Part shown: positions 1-12,369 of the stretch, in pieces | How positions within the stretch are numbered: position 1 is the stretch's first letter | How the letters are laid out: each line of letters starts with the position of its first letter | NCBI RefSeq assembly: GCF_009914755.1 | Contig: NC_060927.1 | Reading direction: 5' to 3' (one strand) | DNA from: the human T2T-CHM13v2.0 reference genome, Homo sapiens | Length of the DNA: 64,000 nt | Made by a program: the position numbers and the translations under genes | The notes under the pieces: generated by a model | Seen by the model: only the letters and a program-made list of their open reading frames with translations | Database searches by the model: none | Told to the model about the DNA's origin: nothing

Positions 1-189
1 GTCTATCACTCCCTTTTAAAACTCATGCCATGTACCTATTGTAGGCTTTTAAAAATGCATATTAACAACTATTCCTGTATCCCATTTTTTACTTTTAACC
101 ACCAGTACTTTAAATCAAGATGAACCCTGGGGAATCTTCTAGATTTTTTTTCCCCAACATTTTTACAAACTCCTCAATGCTGATGATAT

Positions 190-816
190 AGAGGGAGAAG
201 AAAAGGAAGAATCAGTTAGGTACACAGTGAAGGCTGGTCCTTGGAGACGCAGCCTGCCAGAAAAATCACAGCTACAGGCAAAAATAGAGCAACTTGGGGA
301 AAACTCAGGCTGCACCTGCACAGATAAGCAGGCAGGGCCCAGCACAAAAGCCTTTTGTTCTTTTTGTAATTGGCGGGCTCCCAGGAGAAAGTTTCCTCCC
401 CTTTTCCGACATGTACGCTCTGGGCTCTGTGAGAACTTGCACAGGGAGGAGGTGGGCTTACCTAAAACAAACCCACAGTTATACAAACAAGAGAAGTGGC
501 ACTTTTTGCTTACCTAGAGACATACTCACAACTACATAGATGAGGGGAAGTTTTGCAGACAGCTTTTCAGATAAGAGAAGTTACTCAAACAGCTACAGAG
601 ATGAGAGGAGTTTCTTATAAAAGCTTTTGAATTCAACTGTAAAAATGGCAACCTACTCAGGCTCCCCTCTCCACTGCAGAGACTTTCTTCTTTAGCTTAT
701 TAAACTTTCACTCCAACCTCACTCTTTGTGTCCATGCTCCTTATTTATCTTGGTCATGAGACAATGAGCTTGGATAACACCTTAGACAACAAGACCAGTG
801 AACCTGGCCTGTTTCA
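190..816 (+). mobile_element. ERV1-class solo LTR (MER4/MER61-like group; 5' boundary uncertain)
   Basis: TATA-like 'cttataaaag' (~613), poly(A) signal 'attaaa' (~698), U5-like 'ctttcactccaacctcactctttgtgtccatgctcctt...cttggtcatgagac', ending '...gtttca' at 816. Confidence 0.55.
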
Positions 817-869
817 ATATCACTATTAGTTGTTTGGAGAATCAGCATTACATATTGTTTTAAGAGTGG

Positions 870-1160
870 AGGCCCCTTAAAAACGTCCCCCTACATCTCA
901 AAACCAGAAAAAAAAAAAAAAAAAAAAAAAAAAACGTGTTGAGTCCTTCTCATGCTCGAGATTTCTTCTGCCTTTCTCTTCTATTGCCTCTCTGTCTTAT
1001 CGTTCTGCCTTCCTGTTTTACTATTAGGAACTCAGGTGATTACAGTGGTACTGCTCAGATTATCTCCCTATTTTCTCCCTGTTTTATGGTCAGTAATTAT
1101 TAGCTGTAATTGCATCTGCAAAGTTCCTTTACAGCAGTGTAATTAGTGTTTGACTGAATA
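870..1160 (-). mobile_element. MLT1 (MLT1E-like) MaLR LTR fragment
   Basis: 'gttgagtccttctcatgct' and 'aattgcatctgcaaagttccttt' match the MLT1 reverse strand. Confidence 0.55.
908..934 (+). repeat. Pure poly(A) run (27 A) inside an old MLT1 fragment
   Basis: Counted directly. Confidence 0.95.
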
Positions 1161-1164
1161 ACAT

Positions 1165-1613
1165 TGTGGTAAATGGAATTTTATCCCCAGAACCTGAAAA
1201 TGCATTACTTAACTTGGCAAAGGAAACTTTGCAGATGTGATTACGTTAATGATATTGAGAAAGGGAGATTATGATAGATTATGTTTGGGCCCAGGTTAAG
1301 AACAAGAATCTTCTAACAGAAAGAAGGAAACAGAGGGTCAGAGTCAGAGAAAGAATTGAAGTTGTTACACTGTTGGCTTTGAAGAAGGGGCCATGAGCTG
1401 ATGAATGCAGGTGGCTTTTAGAAGCTAGAAAAGGGTAGGGAACAATTCTCTCCTGGAGAATCTCCAAAAGGAATGCCAACACCTGCTAGAACCTTGGTTT
1501 TAGTCTAATAAAACTCAGTTTAGACATCTGATAGAGCTGTAAGGCAGTAAACTTATGGTGTTTTAAGCTACTAAATTTATGGTAATTGGTTATAACAACA
1601 AGAAACTAAAACA
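1165..1613 (+). mobile_element. MLT1D-like MaLR LTR
   Basis: Starts 'tgtggta'. Contains 'ggcaaaggaaactttgcagatgtgatta', 'ggctttgaagaaggggccatgagc' and 'gttttaagctactaaatttatggtaattggttataac'. Ends 'aaactaaaaca'. Confidence 0.8.
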
Positions 1614-1824
1614 AATATGTTTAGAATTCTGCCTCTACAACAAGCTTCTTTGAATTTATTACTGGTGGCCAGTAATCTTTTCTCCGCAAATAATCTAATA
1701 TAAAACAAAACAAAAAATAAATCTGGTTGTCAATATAGTAATGGCTAAATTAGCGTTCTAGTCACTGTGCTGAATATAGTATGCAATATTTCAATTAATT
1801 TCATATTAGCTTCAATTTTATTTT

Positions 1825-1950
1825 AAAAAACTGATAATCAGGGAATTTAGCAGTTATTGTCACACAGCTAATAAATGAAGAAACTAGGGTTTTTTAAACC
1901 AGATAATCTAACTCTGAATCTGCACAGTCTTAATCATGCAGCATAGCCCT
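1825..1950 (-). mobile_element. MIR fragment
   Basis: 'gtcacacagctaataaatgaagaaactaggg...aaaccagataatctaactctgaatc...cttaatc' is MIR-core-like. Confidence 0.5.
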
Positions 1951-2249
1951 AGTGGCTCTCCTACTTAAAACACTAATTTTTGTAGTTCTCTTGCCAAATT
2001 TAAAAATATGCTTTTATGTACTAGACAAAAAAATGCATGCACGTCACCTCTTATGTAAACTGAAAAATTAACATATGAATTTTCAAAAAGTAAATTTATT
2101 GATATTTGTTCTTATAATTTGCTTTAATAGATATCAGAAGGATACTTCTGGAGGGGATGATAGGACTGAAAACAATAAAATTAGAAGAAATTCTGTTTAA
2201 TGAATAGATATATGCTCAAATTCCTTCCCTAGAGCAGTGCAATCAAATT

Positions 2250-2675
2250 TACAAAATTAGAGGTTTACCCTGTAGAGATATTAACCCAGAGAGGATTTGA
2301 CATTGAGGCATCGGAAGCATCAGGAGGAAAAGGTTGTGCTGGACATTTTTGAGTGTGTCCATTCCCCTGGTTCTTTTCCTTCTGGATATTGACTAGCTGC
2401 ATATTGATCACTACAAGATTGCCTTTCCTCCATTCAACTACCTTCTTCAGGTTCTGGTAGGTGCTCTCTCCCCTTGCACATTGGTTCCTTGGGCTCATAC
2501 CAGCTCTCTATTGTTACTAGTAGAGGTTATTGAGTTTCTTTACAGGTAACTGAATTTTTGCTTACTCAATTCTTGTAACCCTGCTATGACTATTTAAATA
2601 ATCTTACTATTAAACTCTTTTTTAAAATTAATTTTAAGGGTATTATATTTTTTCCTCCAGACCTCTGATTGATAA
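2250..2675 (+). mobile_element. Degraded ERVL LTR (LTR33/LTR16-like)
   Basis: 3' part 'cttgtaaccctgc...ctattaaactc...cctccagacctctgattgata' resembles the LTR33/16 terminus. Confidence 0.35.
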
Positions 2676-3419
2676 AAAATTTACTGGAAAACACGAGGTG
2701 TAAAGCAAAGTTAGCCTGTTGTAACACTAAGAACCTTTTTAAAAATTAGCTATTAAAACCTAGCATTGATACTGATAGACAATGAGACTGGAGGATTTTT
2801 CTCTAGTGAAATAAATGAAGCAAGTAAAAAAATTGTCAGTTATGAAAATAAATCCTTGACCTTCACCATTTTATACTTCAATCACACAAACCCAAAATAA
2901 AACACTACTCATGATCACACAGATTCCATTCAACTTTTTAGTACTTTGATTTTAAATATTACTAGAAAATTTATGATTAGTGAATATTAGAAAAAGAAAT
3001 CAGTTTCTACCATAAAAATACAGAAATACAAATAAGAAGAAAAAAAGAAAATTAGAGAAAACAGAGGCATTATCAAAGGTGATAGAACTTAAAAAAAAAC
3101 CTTAATTTAATATACCAAGGTATATATGGTAATACATTACATCCATTAATATACCACAAGTTTAGATATCCCTTCTGTTCATATCCCATTGATAAATTTT
3201 TATGTAAATTGCCACATCTAAAATCAAGGAAAACAGGTAACATAGTTTGGCTGAATAGCAAATTATTTGAGAGGGGGAAAAGCAAATATACGTATCCACT
3301 AAAAAAAAACAAACAAAAACTAATATCATTATAAAAAGAGTTTTAAAAAAAGGAGAACAAAAAATATAGAGATCACAACATCAAATAACTTTTTCAATAA
3401 ATATGTTCTGGAGAAAGGG

Positions 3420-3800
3420 ATGACAACAGTTGTCTTGTGTTCATTTGCCCCACAAAAAGAGACCACAACGTCAATAAACAAGTTGACTTCAACGCCAGTG
3501 ACTGAGGAGGTATGGTGGAGAGAACCAGGGGAGCAGCAAAATCTCTGTAGAACATAGAAGCCCAGGATAACACCATAGAGAGGGGAATAAGACATCCCAC
3601 CCCTGCCACACTGTCTCCCCTGATAGGATTGGCTCAGTGGTGGGAGGACTTATTTTAGGAAAAAGATAAGCTGGAGATCCCTCTTGGTCCCCATTTCTAC
3701 CATGGACACAAGACAACCTTTCTACAGGAGAGACCCACTGTCCTCACAGCCCCTAAATCCAGTTTGGAGAGTTCTTAAAAGTTTACACCATGCATCCCCC
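3420..3800 (+). mobile_element. Old L1 5'UTR-like fragment
   Basis: GC-richer block resembling L1M/L1PB-era 5' ends; recognised by pattern only. Confidence 0.35.
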
Positions 3801-3824
3801 ACTCTCATGATCTAAAAATTATAC

Positions 3825-5105
3825 TTTTTTATATATGTATGCATACATATATAATTTTTATATATGTATGCATACATATATAATTTTTATATATGTATGC
3901 ATACATATATAATTTTTATATATGTATGCATACATATATAATTTTTATATATGTATGCATACATATATAATTTTTATATATGTATGCATACATATATAAT
4001 TTTTATATGTATGCATACATATATAATTTTTTATATGTATGCATACATATATAATTTTTATATGTATGCATACAATATAATTTTTTATATATTGTATGCA
4101 TACATATACTGTTTTATATATGTATGCATACATATATACTTTTTTGTATGTACACATACACATATAATTTTTTATATATGCATGCATACATATATGATTT
4201 TTATATAGGCATGCATACATATATAATTTTTTATATATGCATGCATATATAAATGCATATAACTTTTTATATATGTATGCATACATAACTTTTTATATAT
4301 GTATGCATACATAACTTTTTATATATGTATGCATACATAACTTTTATATATGTATGCATACATAACTTTTTATATATGTATGCATACATATATAACTTTT
4401 TATATATGTATGCATACATATATAACTTTTTATATATGTATGCATACATATATAACTTTTTATATATGTATGCATACATATATAACTTTTTATATATGTA
4501 TGCATACATATATAACTTTTTATATATGTATGCATACATATATAACTTTTTATATATGTATGCATACATATATAACTTTTTATATATGTATGCATACATA
4601 TATAACTTTTTATATATGTAAGCATACATATATAACTTTTTATATATGTATGCATACATATATAACTTTTTATATATGTATGCTTACATATATAACTTGT
4701 TATATATGTAAGCATACATATATGATTTTTATATAGGCATGCATACATATATAATTTTTTATATAGGCATGCATATATAAATGCATATAACTTTTTATAT
4801 ATGTATGCATACATAACTTTTTATATATGTATGCATACATAGCTTTTATATATGTATGCATACATAACTTTTTATATATGTATGCATACATAACTTTTTA
4901 TATATGTATGCATACATATATAACTTTTTATATATGTATGCATACATATATAACTTTTTATATATGTATGCATACATATATAACTTTTTATATATGTATG
5001 CATACATATATAACTTTTTATATATGTATGCATACATATATAACTTTTTATATATGTAAGCATACATATATAATATATAATTTTTTATATATGCATACAT
5101 AATTT
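3825..5105. repeat. AT-rich minisatellite (VNTR), ~26-30-bp unit built on the palindrome TTATATATGTATGCATACATATATAA
   Basis: Period 29 at 3830-3990 and period 30 (tgcatacatatataactttttatatatgta) at 4381-4700 and 4900-5070; roughly 40-45 units. Confidence 0.97.
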
Positions 5106-5885
5106 TCCCTCATCTTGGGGTTGAATCGAGTTGAAATTTATTTAGCAGTCTTGAGGTTTCATTCAATTGTCTGAAACTCTTCATGCAAATGACACAGTAC
5201 ACATGCTTTAAAGCACATACCCATAATTTTTAAACTTCTATTCTTGCTTTATTTATCATAGTATTGAGAAATTCAGCAGTCATCACTGTAACTGATATCT
5301 ATGCCGTGGAACCTGCAGCAATTGCATAAGGCCCTGACTAGGAAGTGTCTGTTTTCCTACATTTCCAGGGTAAGCTACTGATCTATTAGTACTCTTTAGT
5401 GGATAGTTTAAAAAAGAGATACGTCAGTTTAAATTTTGAAACATATTCATGACACTAGTTAAGAATTGGCATTTCTTTCACATATATTTATATACAAGAA
5501 TTTGGGGATATCAAAACCCAAACTGCTAACTCATGTTCAAGATTGTAGGTAAACTAGGAAAATGATTTAGAGATAAATTAAACATGAAGCACAGTTTCCT
5601 GTAAATTATAGCTACTAATTTACATAATTGTTTGCTATATTATTAGATACCTTTTCTGAATAGCATTCTAAATATAAAACACCCTGCCCTCAATCATGTT
5701 TGGGTCAATTCATACCACTGTGTAACACACATTTCAGGTTTGGTCCTTAAACTAAGCACACCATGGGAAAATTGAGTTTAAAAAATACACCTCTTTCAGG
5801 ATTCTCTTTTGTTAAAGCACAGTCTAAACTTGGAAAGGTTACTGGTTTTTATAATTCTACTTTCATTCACCTGTGAAGTTGAAAA

Positions 5886-6220
5886 TGTTGAAAGAAAAGC
5901 TTTAGATAAATAGTAAATACTAAATAGTAGAGTTTATTTGAGCAAACTAAAGTTCATGAATCAGGGTGCACTAAGAAACAGTAGAGGTTAAGGGAGCTCC
6001 ACCCAGCAATGTGGGCAGACACTATTTAAAAACAGAAATAGGAAGTGACATACAGAAAGAGCATCATTGGTTACAGCTCAGCATTTGCCTTATCTGGGCA
6101 TTGTTTGAAGAAGCATTTGCCTCATATAAACGATCTGATCAGTTAGTAGCCTGCAGTTGGCTGAAGTTTGGCTGCTGTGATTGTCTGAGACTCAGCTACT
6201 TATAACAAAAATATACTCTT
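5886..6220 (-). mobile_element. MER93-like ERV1 LTR (partial)
   Basis: 'tgttgaaagaaaagctttagataaat', 'ggaagtgacatacagaaa', 'attggttacagctcagcatttgccttat', 'gattgtctgagactcagct'. Confidence 0.6.
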
Positions 6221-6229
6221 TGTTATGTG

Positions 6230-9021
6230 TTATCCAAGAGAGAACAAGCCACATCAACAGAGAAGTGAGGGAAAACTCCAAAATTGTGAGCGAAGGAGGA
6301 AGATAGGCAGCTTACATGGCCTGGACCAACTAGGATCTGGGAATAAATCTCCAGTATAGGAGAGGGTGAGTGACTGTCTTCTCTGTGATCCATTTTCCCA
6401 CTGGGGAATTATGCAATCCAGGCCATGAGAGTGCACCTTGACCTCCCCAAGAACTGACTTGACTTGGGGAATGGCCAGAAGACTGTGAGAAGGAATTGCT
6501 CCAGGGAAATAATATGCCCCGGGTCCTACATCTGCCCTTAAACCTAAGTTGCTACAACAAGAAGACATTCTTAGACTTAGCTTTCAAACTGCACAGTCCT
6601 GGAAACCAGTGTGGCCAGCACAGGGTATTATGGAAACTTGAGCTGTAGCTTGTTGAACTGGGGCCTAAACTAATGAACTGTGGCTTGAATTGAACTGATG
6701 GGCTCCTACAATCAGGATTAAAAAACAATCCTAGTATGGGCTCCAGCCACCAGCACTGGAGCCAGACAAATTCCCCCAGGACATAATCAGAATGAGAGTT
6801 GCCACAGAGGCTTGGTCCTGAGCTGGGCAGGTGCTTCTATGAACCAGGGCTTAGTTATGAGCTAAGCACAAACTGCCTAGTTGAATGGAACTTCAGGGTC
6901 AGCTGTAAGAGCCAGAATGAGAGAAGGAGCTCCATCAGGACTGGGGTGAGAGATGGACACAATTCCACACTTGCCAGCCAGTGCTGCAATTGCTAGAACC
7001 AGCAACAGCAACACCCACCCATGGGAGGACCTCAGTGTGGAAGCAGTTACCTCTTACTCAAGCATTTTGCCAGGAACTGAGGACTGCCCCACCTCACTCG
7101 CATCACAGCTTGTGCATAGGCTTACCATTGGGGGTCTGAGTTCAGGCTGGCCTGGTCCAATTCATCCTGGGTTTGCCTCACCCTCTGAGACAGAGTGTGG
7201 GACATAGGCTTCTGAGGATTCCACACCCCAGCCCTCCTCCTGGGGCACCTAAGCAGTTCTCCCAGAGATCAGAGGTCAGGCATAAACACCCTTCTGCTAC
7301 CACCTTAGCTGGCTTCTACCTGAAAACACCACCTACTGACCTGGAGGCTGGCCCACATGGCCCATTGCAACCACTTCCAACACAAGAGCACAGAGATTAG
7401 GAACTTAAAGAGTCTCTCACTACCACCACTACCACCATTGCCATGTCAACCACCAGCATGTCAACCTAGCTGCTCAGGAGCTTGAGAGTCCACTCACCCA
7501 CTCAGTACACCACTACTATAATTAGATTCTGAGAAAGTCACTCAGAAACCCAAGAGTTGGCCTGTCTGGAACCACCAAAACAGGTGCCACCATATGCTGT
7601 CCCTGGTCACAAAAATAGATATACTTAGCCCATCAACACTATCATTGAAACATGAAGAAGGACCCATCTGGCATTCTAGTTCTCAGCACAACTTCACTGC
7701 AGCCTCCACAAATAACCACACCTAACACACTGAGGCAAACACAGATACCAATGGCAATAAGGCTATTTATAGCCAAGTAAGTCATACAAAGTCTTCACCA
7801 CTGCATCCACCAAAAGGAAAGCCAGACATCCAAACAACCCAAACAACATCATAGACACACTTCAAGAAAAAAGTACCCACCCCCCAACAAAAGTAAATTA
7901 AAAAATAAGAGTGACTGTTGCTTCAGATGCATAGCAATCAATGGAAAGACATAGGAAACATGAAAAAGCAAGGTAATATGACACCCTCTAGAAAACACAC
8001 TAATTCTCTAACAATAGACCCTAACTAGGAATAAATCTCAAATAAAGAATTCATAATATTAGTGTTAAAGAAGCTCAATGAGATGTAAGAGAAAATATTG
8101 TAAACTGTGCATTCATCAGGGGACTAACATCTAGAATACACAAGAAACTCAAGCAACTCAATGACCAAAACAAAAATAAAAAGTAACCCTATTAAAATGT
8201 GGTTAAAGGACACGAATAGACTTTTTTTTCCGAAGAAGACATACAAATGGCCAACAAGTGTGTGAAAAAATGCTCAAAATTACTAATCATCAGAGGAATA
8301 ACAAAGCCACACCGGGATGATATAATCTTACTTCAGTCAGAATGGCTGCCATTAAAATGTCAAAAAACAACAGATGGTGAGGATGCAGAGAAAAGGGAAC
8401 TCATACACTATAACCTTCATGGCAAAGAGTAGAGAAAATTTGGAAATTTCTCAAAGAACTAAAAAATAGAACTACCATTCAATCCAGCAATCCTACTACT
8501 GGTATATCTCCCAAAGGAAAAAAAAATCAATATATGAAAAAGATACCTGCACTTGTATGTTCATTGCAGCACTATTCACAATAGCAAAAATATGAAATCA
8601 ACCTAAGTGTTCATCAATGGATGATTGAATAAAGAAAATATACACACATTGGATATATATACACAATGGAATACGATTTGCCTATAGGAAAAAACTAAAT
8701 CACATATTTTGCAGCAACATGGGTGGAACTGGAGGCTATTATCTTAAGTGAAACAAGTCAGATGAAAGATGACAAATACTACATGTTTTCACTATTAAGT
8801 GGGCACAAAAATGTGCACACATGGACGTAGAGAGTGGACTGACAGACAATAGAGACTTAGAAGTATGAGGGGGTGAGAGTGGGTAGATGATGAGAAATTT
8901 CTTAATGAGTACAATGCACATTATTTGAGTGACAGATACTCTGAAAGCCCTGACTTGACCAGTATGTAATCTATGCATGCCACAAAATTGCACCTGTACC
9001 CAATACATTTATATGAAAAAA
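6230..9021 (+). mobile_element. L1 (L1PB-like) with 5'UTR/ORF1 start fused directly to ORF2 end and 3'UTR
   Basis: ORF1-start-like 'aaacatgaaaaagcaaggtaatatgacacc...aagaagctcaatgagat' runs at ~8090 into ORF2-terminal 'gagaaaatatt...gactaacatctagaatatacaagaaactcaagcaactc'. L1PB-type 3' end 'gccctgacttgacc...cacaaaattgcacctgtacccc' plus a short A tail. Confidence 0.8.
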
Positions 9022-9418
9022 GACAAACTTATGATGACATTAAATTTAACAGCATATTTGAAGGGAAAAATAATTCATTAAACAGAACTCAGAACCAGAT
9101 ACAGGCTCAAAGAACTCCCATCTCTTAATTGCAGTGAATATTTATAGGCAGAAAGTGGAGTAAAGTGTAGAAATAGCTGAATGGTTAAAAAGCTAGGTCT
9201 TTGACTTATTTGGAAATGGTCTGAACAGTTGGCAGCTTGTGATTGGCTGAAACTTTTCTGCTAATGATTGGCTGAGACCTGGCTATGTGTTACAAAAATT
9301 GGACTCCTAAATCAGGTTTCAGCTTGTTTATGTACTAACTTAAGGTGCAGTTTGACAGAGAGAAACTTAGTCAAGAGACAGCCTCAAGCCAATGTCCTCT
9401 TGTTTATGTAATTTAACA
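9022..9418 (-). mobile_element. Second MER93-like ERV1 LTR
   Basis: 'ttaaatttaacag', 'tctgaacagttggcagcttgtgattggctgaaac', ending 'aatttaaca'. Homologous to 5886-6220, same orientation. Confidence 0.6.
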
Positions 9419-9450
9419 AGTTGAAAATTAAAGCAACTAATTTTGCTTTG

Positions 9451-9511
9451 ATAATTGAATATAGTGACCCAATAATTGAATATAGCGACTCAATAATTGA
9501 ATATAGCGACT
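9451..9511. repeat. 21-bp tandem repeat x~2.9 (ataattgaatatagcgactca)
   Basis: Copies start at 9451, 9472 and 9493. Confidence 0.9.
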
Positions 9512-11742
9512 TTAGAGAATCACAAGAACCTATGTCAAAATTTATCTGAATAGGAAATAAGTGTTTATAGAGCTACCAAGATTATGGAGTTATTCTTACC
9601 CTCATATAACTTAGCCTATATTGATGAAAAACTTGCCATATTTTACAAATTTTATTCCATATTATTTAGGTCCAGTTTACATTGTTGGATTTGGTTTAAT
9701 TATAACAAAGTTTATTTTCTACTATACAAAAATATAAGAAGACTATAACATTATAAGAAGATATTTTATTAATAATTAGTATTAATACATATTCAAAACC
9801 TGTCTACTTCAATGACAAAAAACTAATGAAAGGAAATTTTCCAAACTGGCAAAATAGGAAAATCACAGTCAAAGGTAAATATTATATCTATCTCCTGACT
9901 TTTAATGCAGATAGGATTCTCATATATACTGCTTCAAATTAAATTAATGTTATGAGTGGAAAATTGGAGGAGAGAGAGAAAGAATGACAGGGAGGTAGAA
10001 GACAGAAAGAGACAGAAACTAATGGCATAAAGAGCTGTTTTAGTAAAATGGGCCATATGATTATTTATCCATATATTCATCATATTTATAAATTTATCAT
10101 TGACTTGTATAGTCATGAAGAAATGAGAAAACAATTGATTTTATTTAATATGGATGAAAATAAGCTACACTTTTTATCAAAAGTAAAGGAAATCTATATG
10201 TATATCCAGAAAATGCATGGTCATGATCATAATGAAAATTGTTCATGATATATGTAGGTGCAAATTACTATTTACTTCGAATAGTGAAAAATTGAAATCA
10301 TCAAATAGGTTAAAGGAATATCTGACACCTTTGTATGCTGTTGAAAACACAGTAAACAATATTCAGTTCAAACTATTAATACTGTAATATAATTTCTGTT
10401 GAATCCATTTTGTTGCCAAAAAGTAAATTGAATTACATATGTAAAAAAGTTTTCAGACTATCAAAGTGACTTGCTAGAATGCTTACTAAAATGGAAAGTC
10501 AAAATAAATTAGAAGCCATTTAAAACTCTTTTCCATCAATTTTTTTATAATTAGATCTTAAAAGCTAAAAATTAAGAAACTTTGGATCAGAGGTGAAGGA
10601 GCTATTATTGTTGCCCTTGATTAAGTTTAAAAATATTCAGTGGAGCCAGGAATGAAAGCTTTGAGCCTCTTTCTGAGTCATTAATTATTATCAGTGCTAT
10701 AATAAATATTTTCTATGGAAAAAAACAAATTGGATGTCAATTCAGCATTTCACATATGAGAGAGGCATCGGTAATTAAATAAGTGAGATTCTCTGTAAAA
10801 GAATTGTTTTGTTAAAAAGGAGTATGAAAGATTCAAATTGTTTCATTAAAATGAACTGAGGTAGACATTATTATTCTTATGAATTTAGACAATTATTTTC
10901 CACAGTATAACCATGCCTGAATTACATATTTAATTATTAACTTTGCAAGTACTTTCCATATTGTACTTAAACTCTACTACTATCTCAAAAATTTTGAAAT
11001 AATTTGTAATGTATTGATTTATATAGCATTGATCAAAATTGACGGTAATACCCTATAGAAAATAACAAGCAAAAGAATCTCTAGGAAATCCAAGACTAGA
11101 AACGAAATTGCTTTTTTAAAGTTCGTTATTGAAAAGCAGTCGGAATTTTTCCAAATTTAATTAGGTATGATAACAAACTTTTTTTAGTCTAAAATGAAAA
11201 TTAGCCTATGTCAAAATGAAAATCCACTTTTGTGTAAAACGACTCTTCTATTTATTTTATGATTTTCCTGGATGCATACTTGGATATTGTATTTAAGGAC
11301 TTCTGTAATGTGGTACTGTGTGTTTAAATCTGGTCATTATTTTATAATCTCCTTGAAAATTAGATACTTCGAAAATTAGATTCTTGGAATCTAATTGCTA
11401 AAAATTATAGTTAGGGAATTCTATATAACTAATTATTTGATACCGTTCAGCAAATTAAAACATTTACATTAAATGCATAATTATGTTTAATTTCCAAAAT
11501 CAAAACAATAAATAGAAAGTTAGTTTTTAACATGCGACTTCTACATCTTACATTTAGTAGCCATCTGATTTGAAAACATGAAAAGAAGTATTATTACTTT
11601 TAATTGTTGTGTTTTTGATTTTTAGACTCCTAGGTCAAAACAGTCTTTACCATTGTGAACAAAATGTATCAGTGAATTACATTCATATTTTTCATCAGAC
11701 ATATATACAGTATACCACTTGTTTCAATGAACACAACTTATT

Positions 11743-12171
11743 TGTATTAGTTTTCTTGGGTTGCTGTAAATCTGCAAAACAAACTGAGTGGCTTAAAGAA
11801 AAGAAATGTATTGTCTCACATTTCTGGAGGCTAGAAATGTCAAGGTGTGAAAAAGTTTGCTCCCTTCTGAGGTCCGTGAGAATCTGTTCCTTGCATCTCT
11901 GCTAGCTTCTGGTGGTGTGCTGCCATCTTTGACATTCTTTGGCTTGTAGATGCATCACTCTGATATCTGTCTTCATGTTCATATGGCATTCTCTGTGTGC
12001 GCATATTTCCCGTTGTCCAAATTTCCCCCTTTAAAAAAGACACAGTTATATTGAATTAGGGCCGATCTTAATTGATCGTCTGCAAAATTCTATTTCCAAA
12101 TAAGGTCGCATTCATAGTTACTGCGGTTAGGACTTCGACATCTTTTAGAGGTATACGATTTAACCCATAAC
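11743..12171 (-). mobile_element. MLT1C-like MaLR LTR
   Basis: 'tgtattagttttcttgggttgctgtaa', 'ggcttgtagatgcatcactc', 'ctatttccaaataaggtcgcattc', ending 'aacccataac'. Confidence 0.8.
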
Positions 12172-12369
12172 TATTCAAAATGGCCAACCCATAACTATTC
12201 AAAATGACCAATCAATTGTAAGCACCATCCATAGGAATTGTGGGGAAATGTCAAAAACATAAAATGTGGTTTTATCATTTATTAAGCATGAAAGTTAAAA
12301 AAAATTGTCTGCATGTGAAATAAGCAATCAGATGTGCATAGCGACTTCAATTCAGAGAAAAGAATATGG

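Noticed and set aside
163-539. Overlapping 81-107-aa ORFs
   Set aside because: They lie in an LTR-like repeat and resemble no known protein.
3825-5105. CRISPR-like array of palindromic repeats, and the many MYAYIYKKL / ICMHTYI ORFs
   Set aside because: No unique spacers, no cas genes and a primate context. The ORFs arise because the 30-bp unit lacks stops in some frames.
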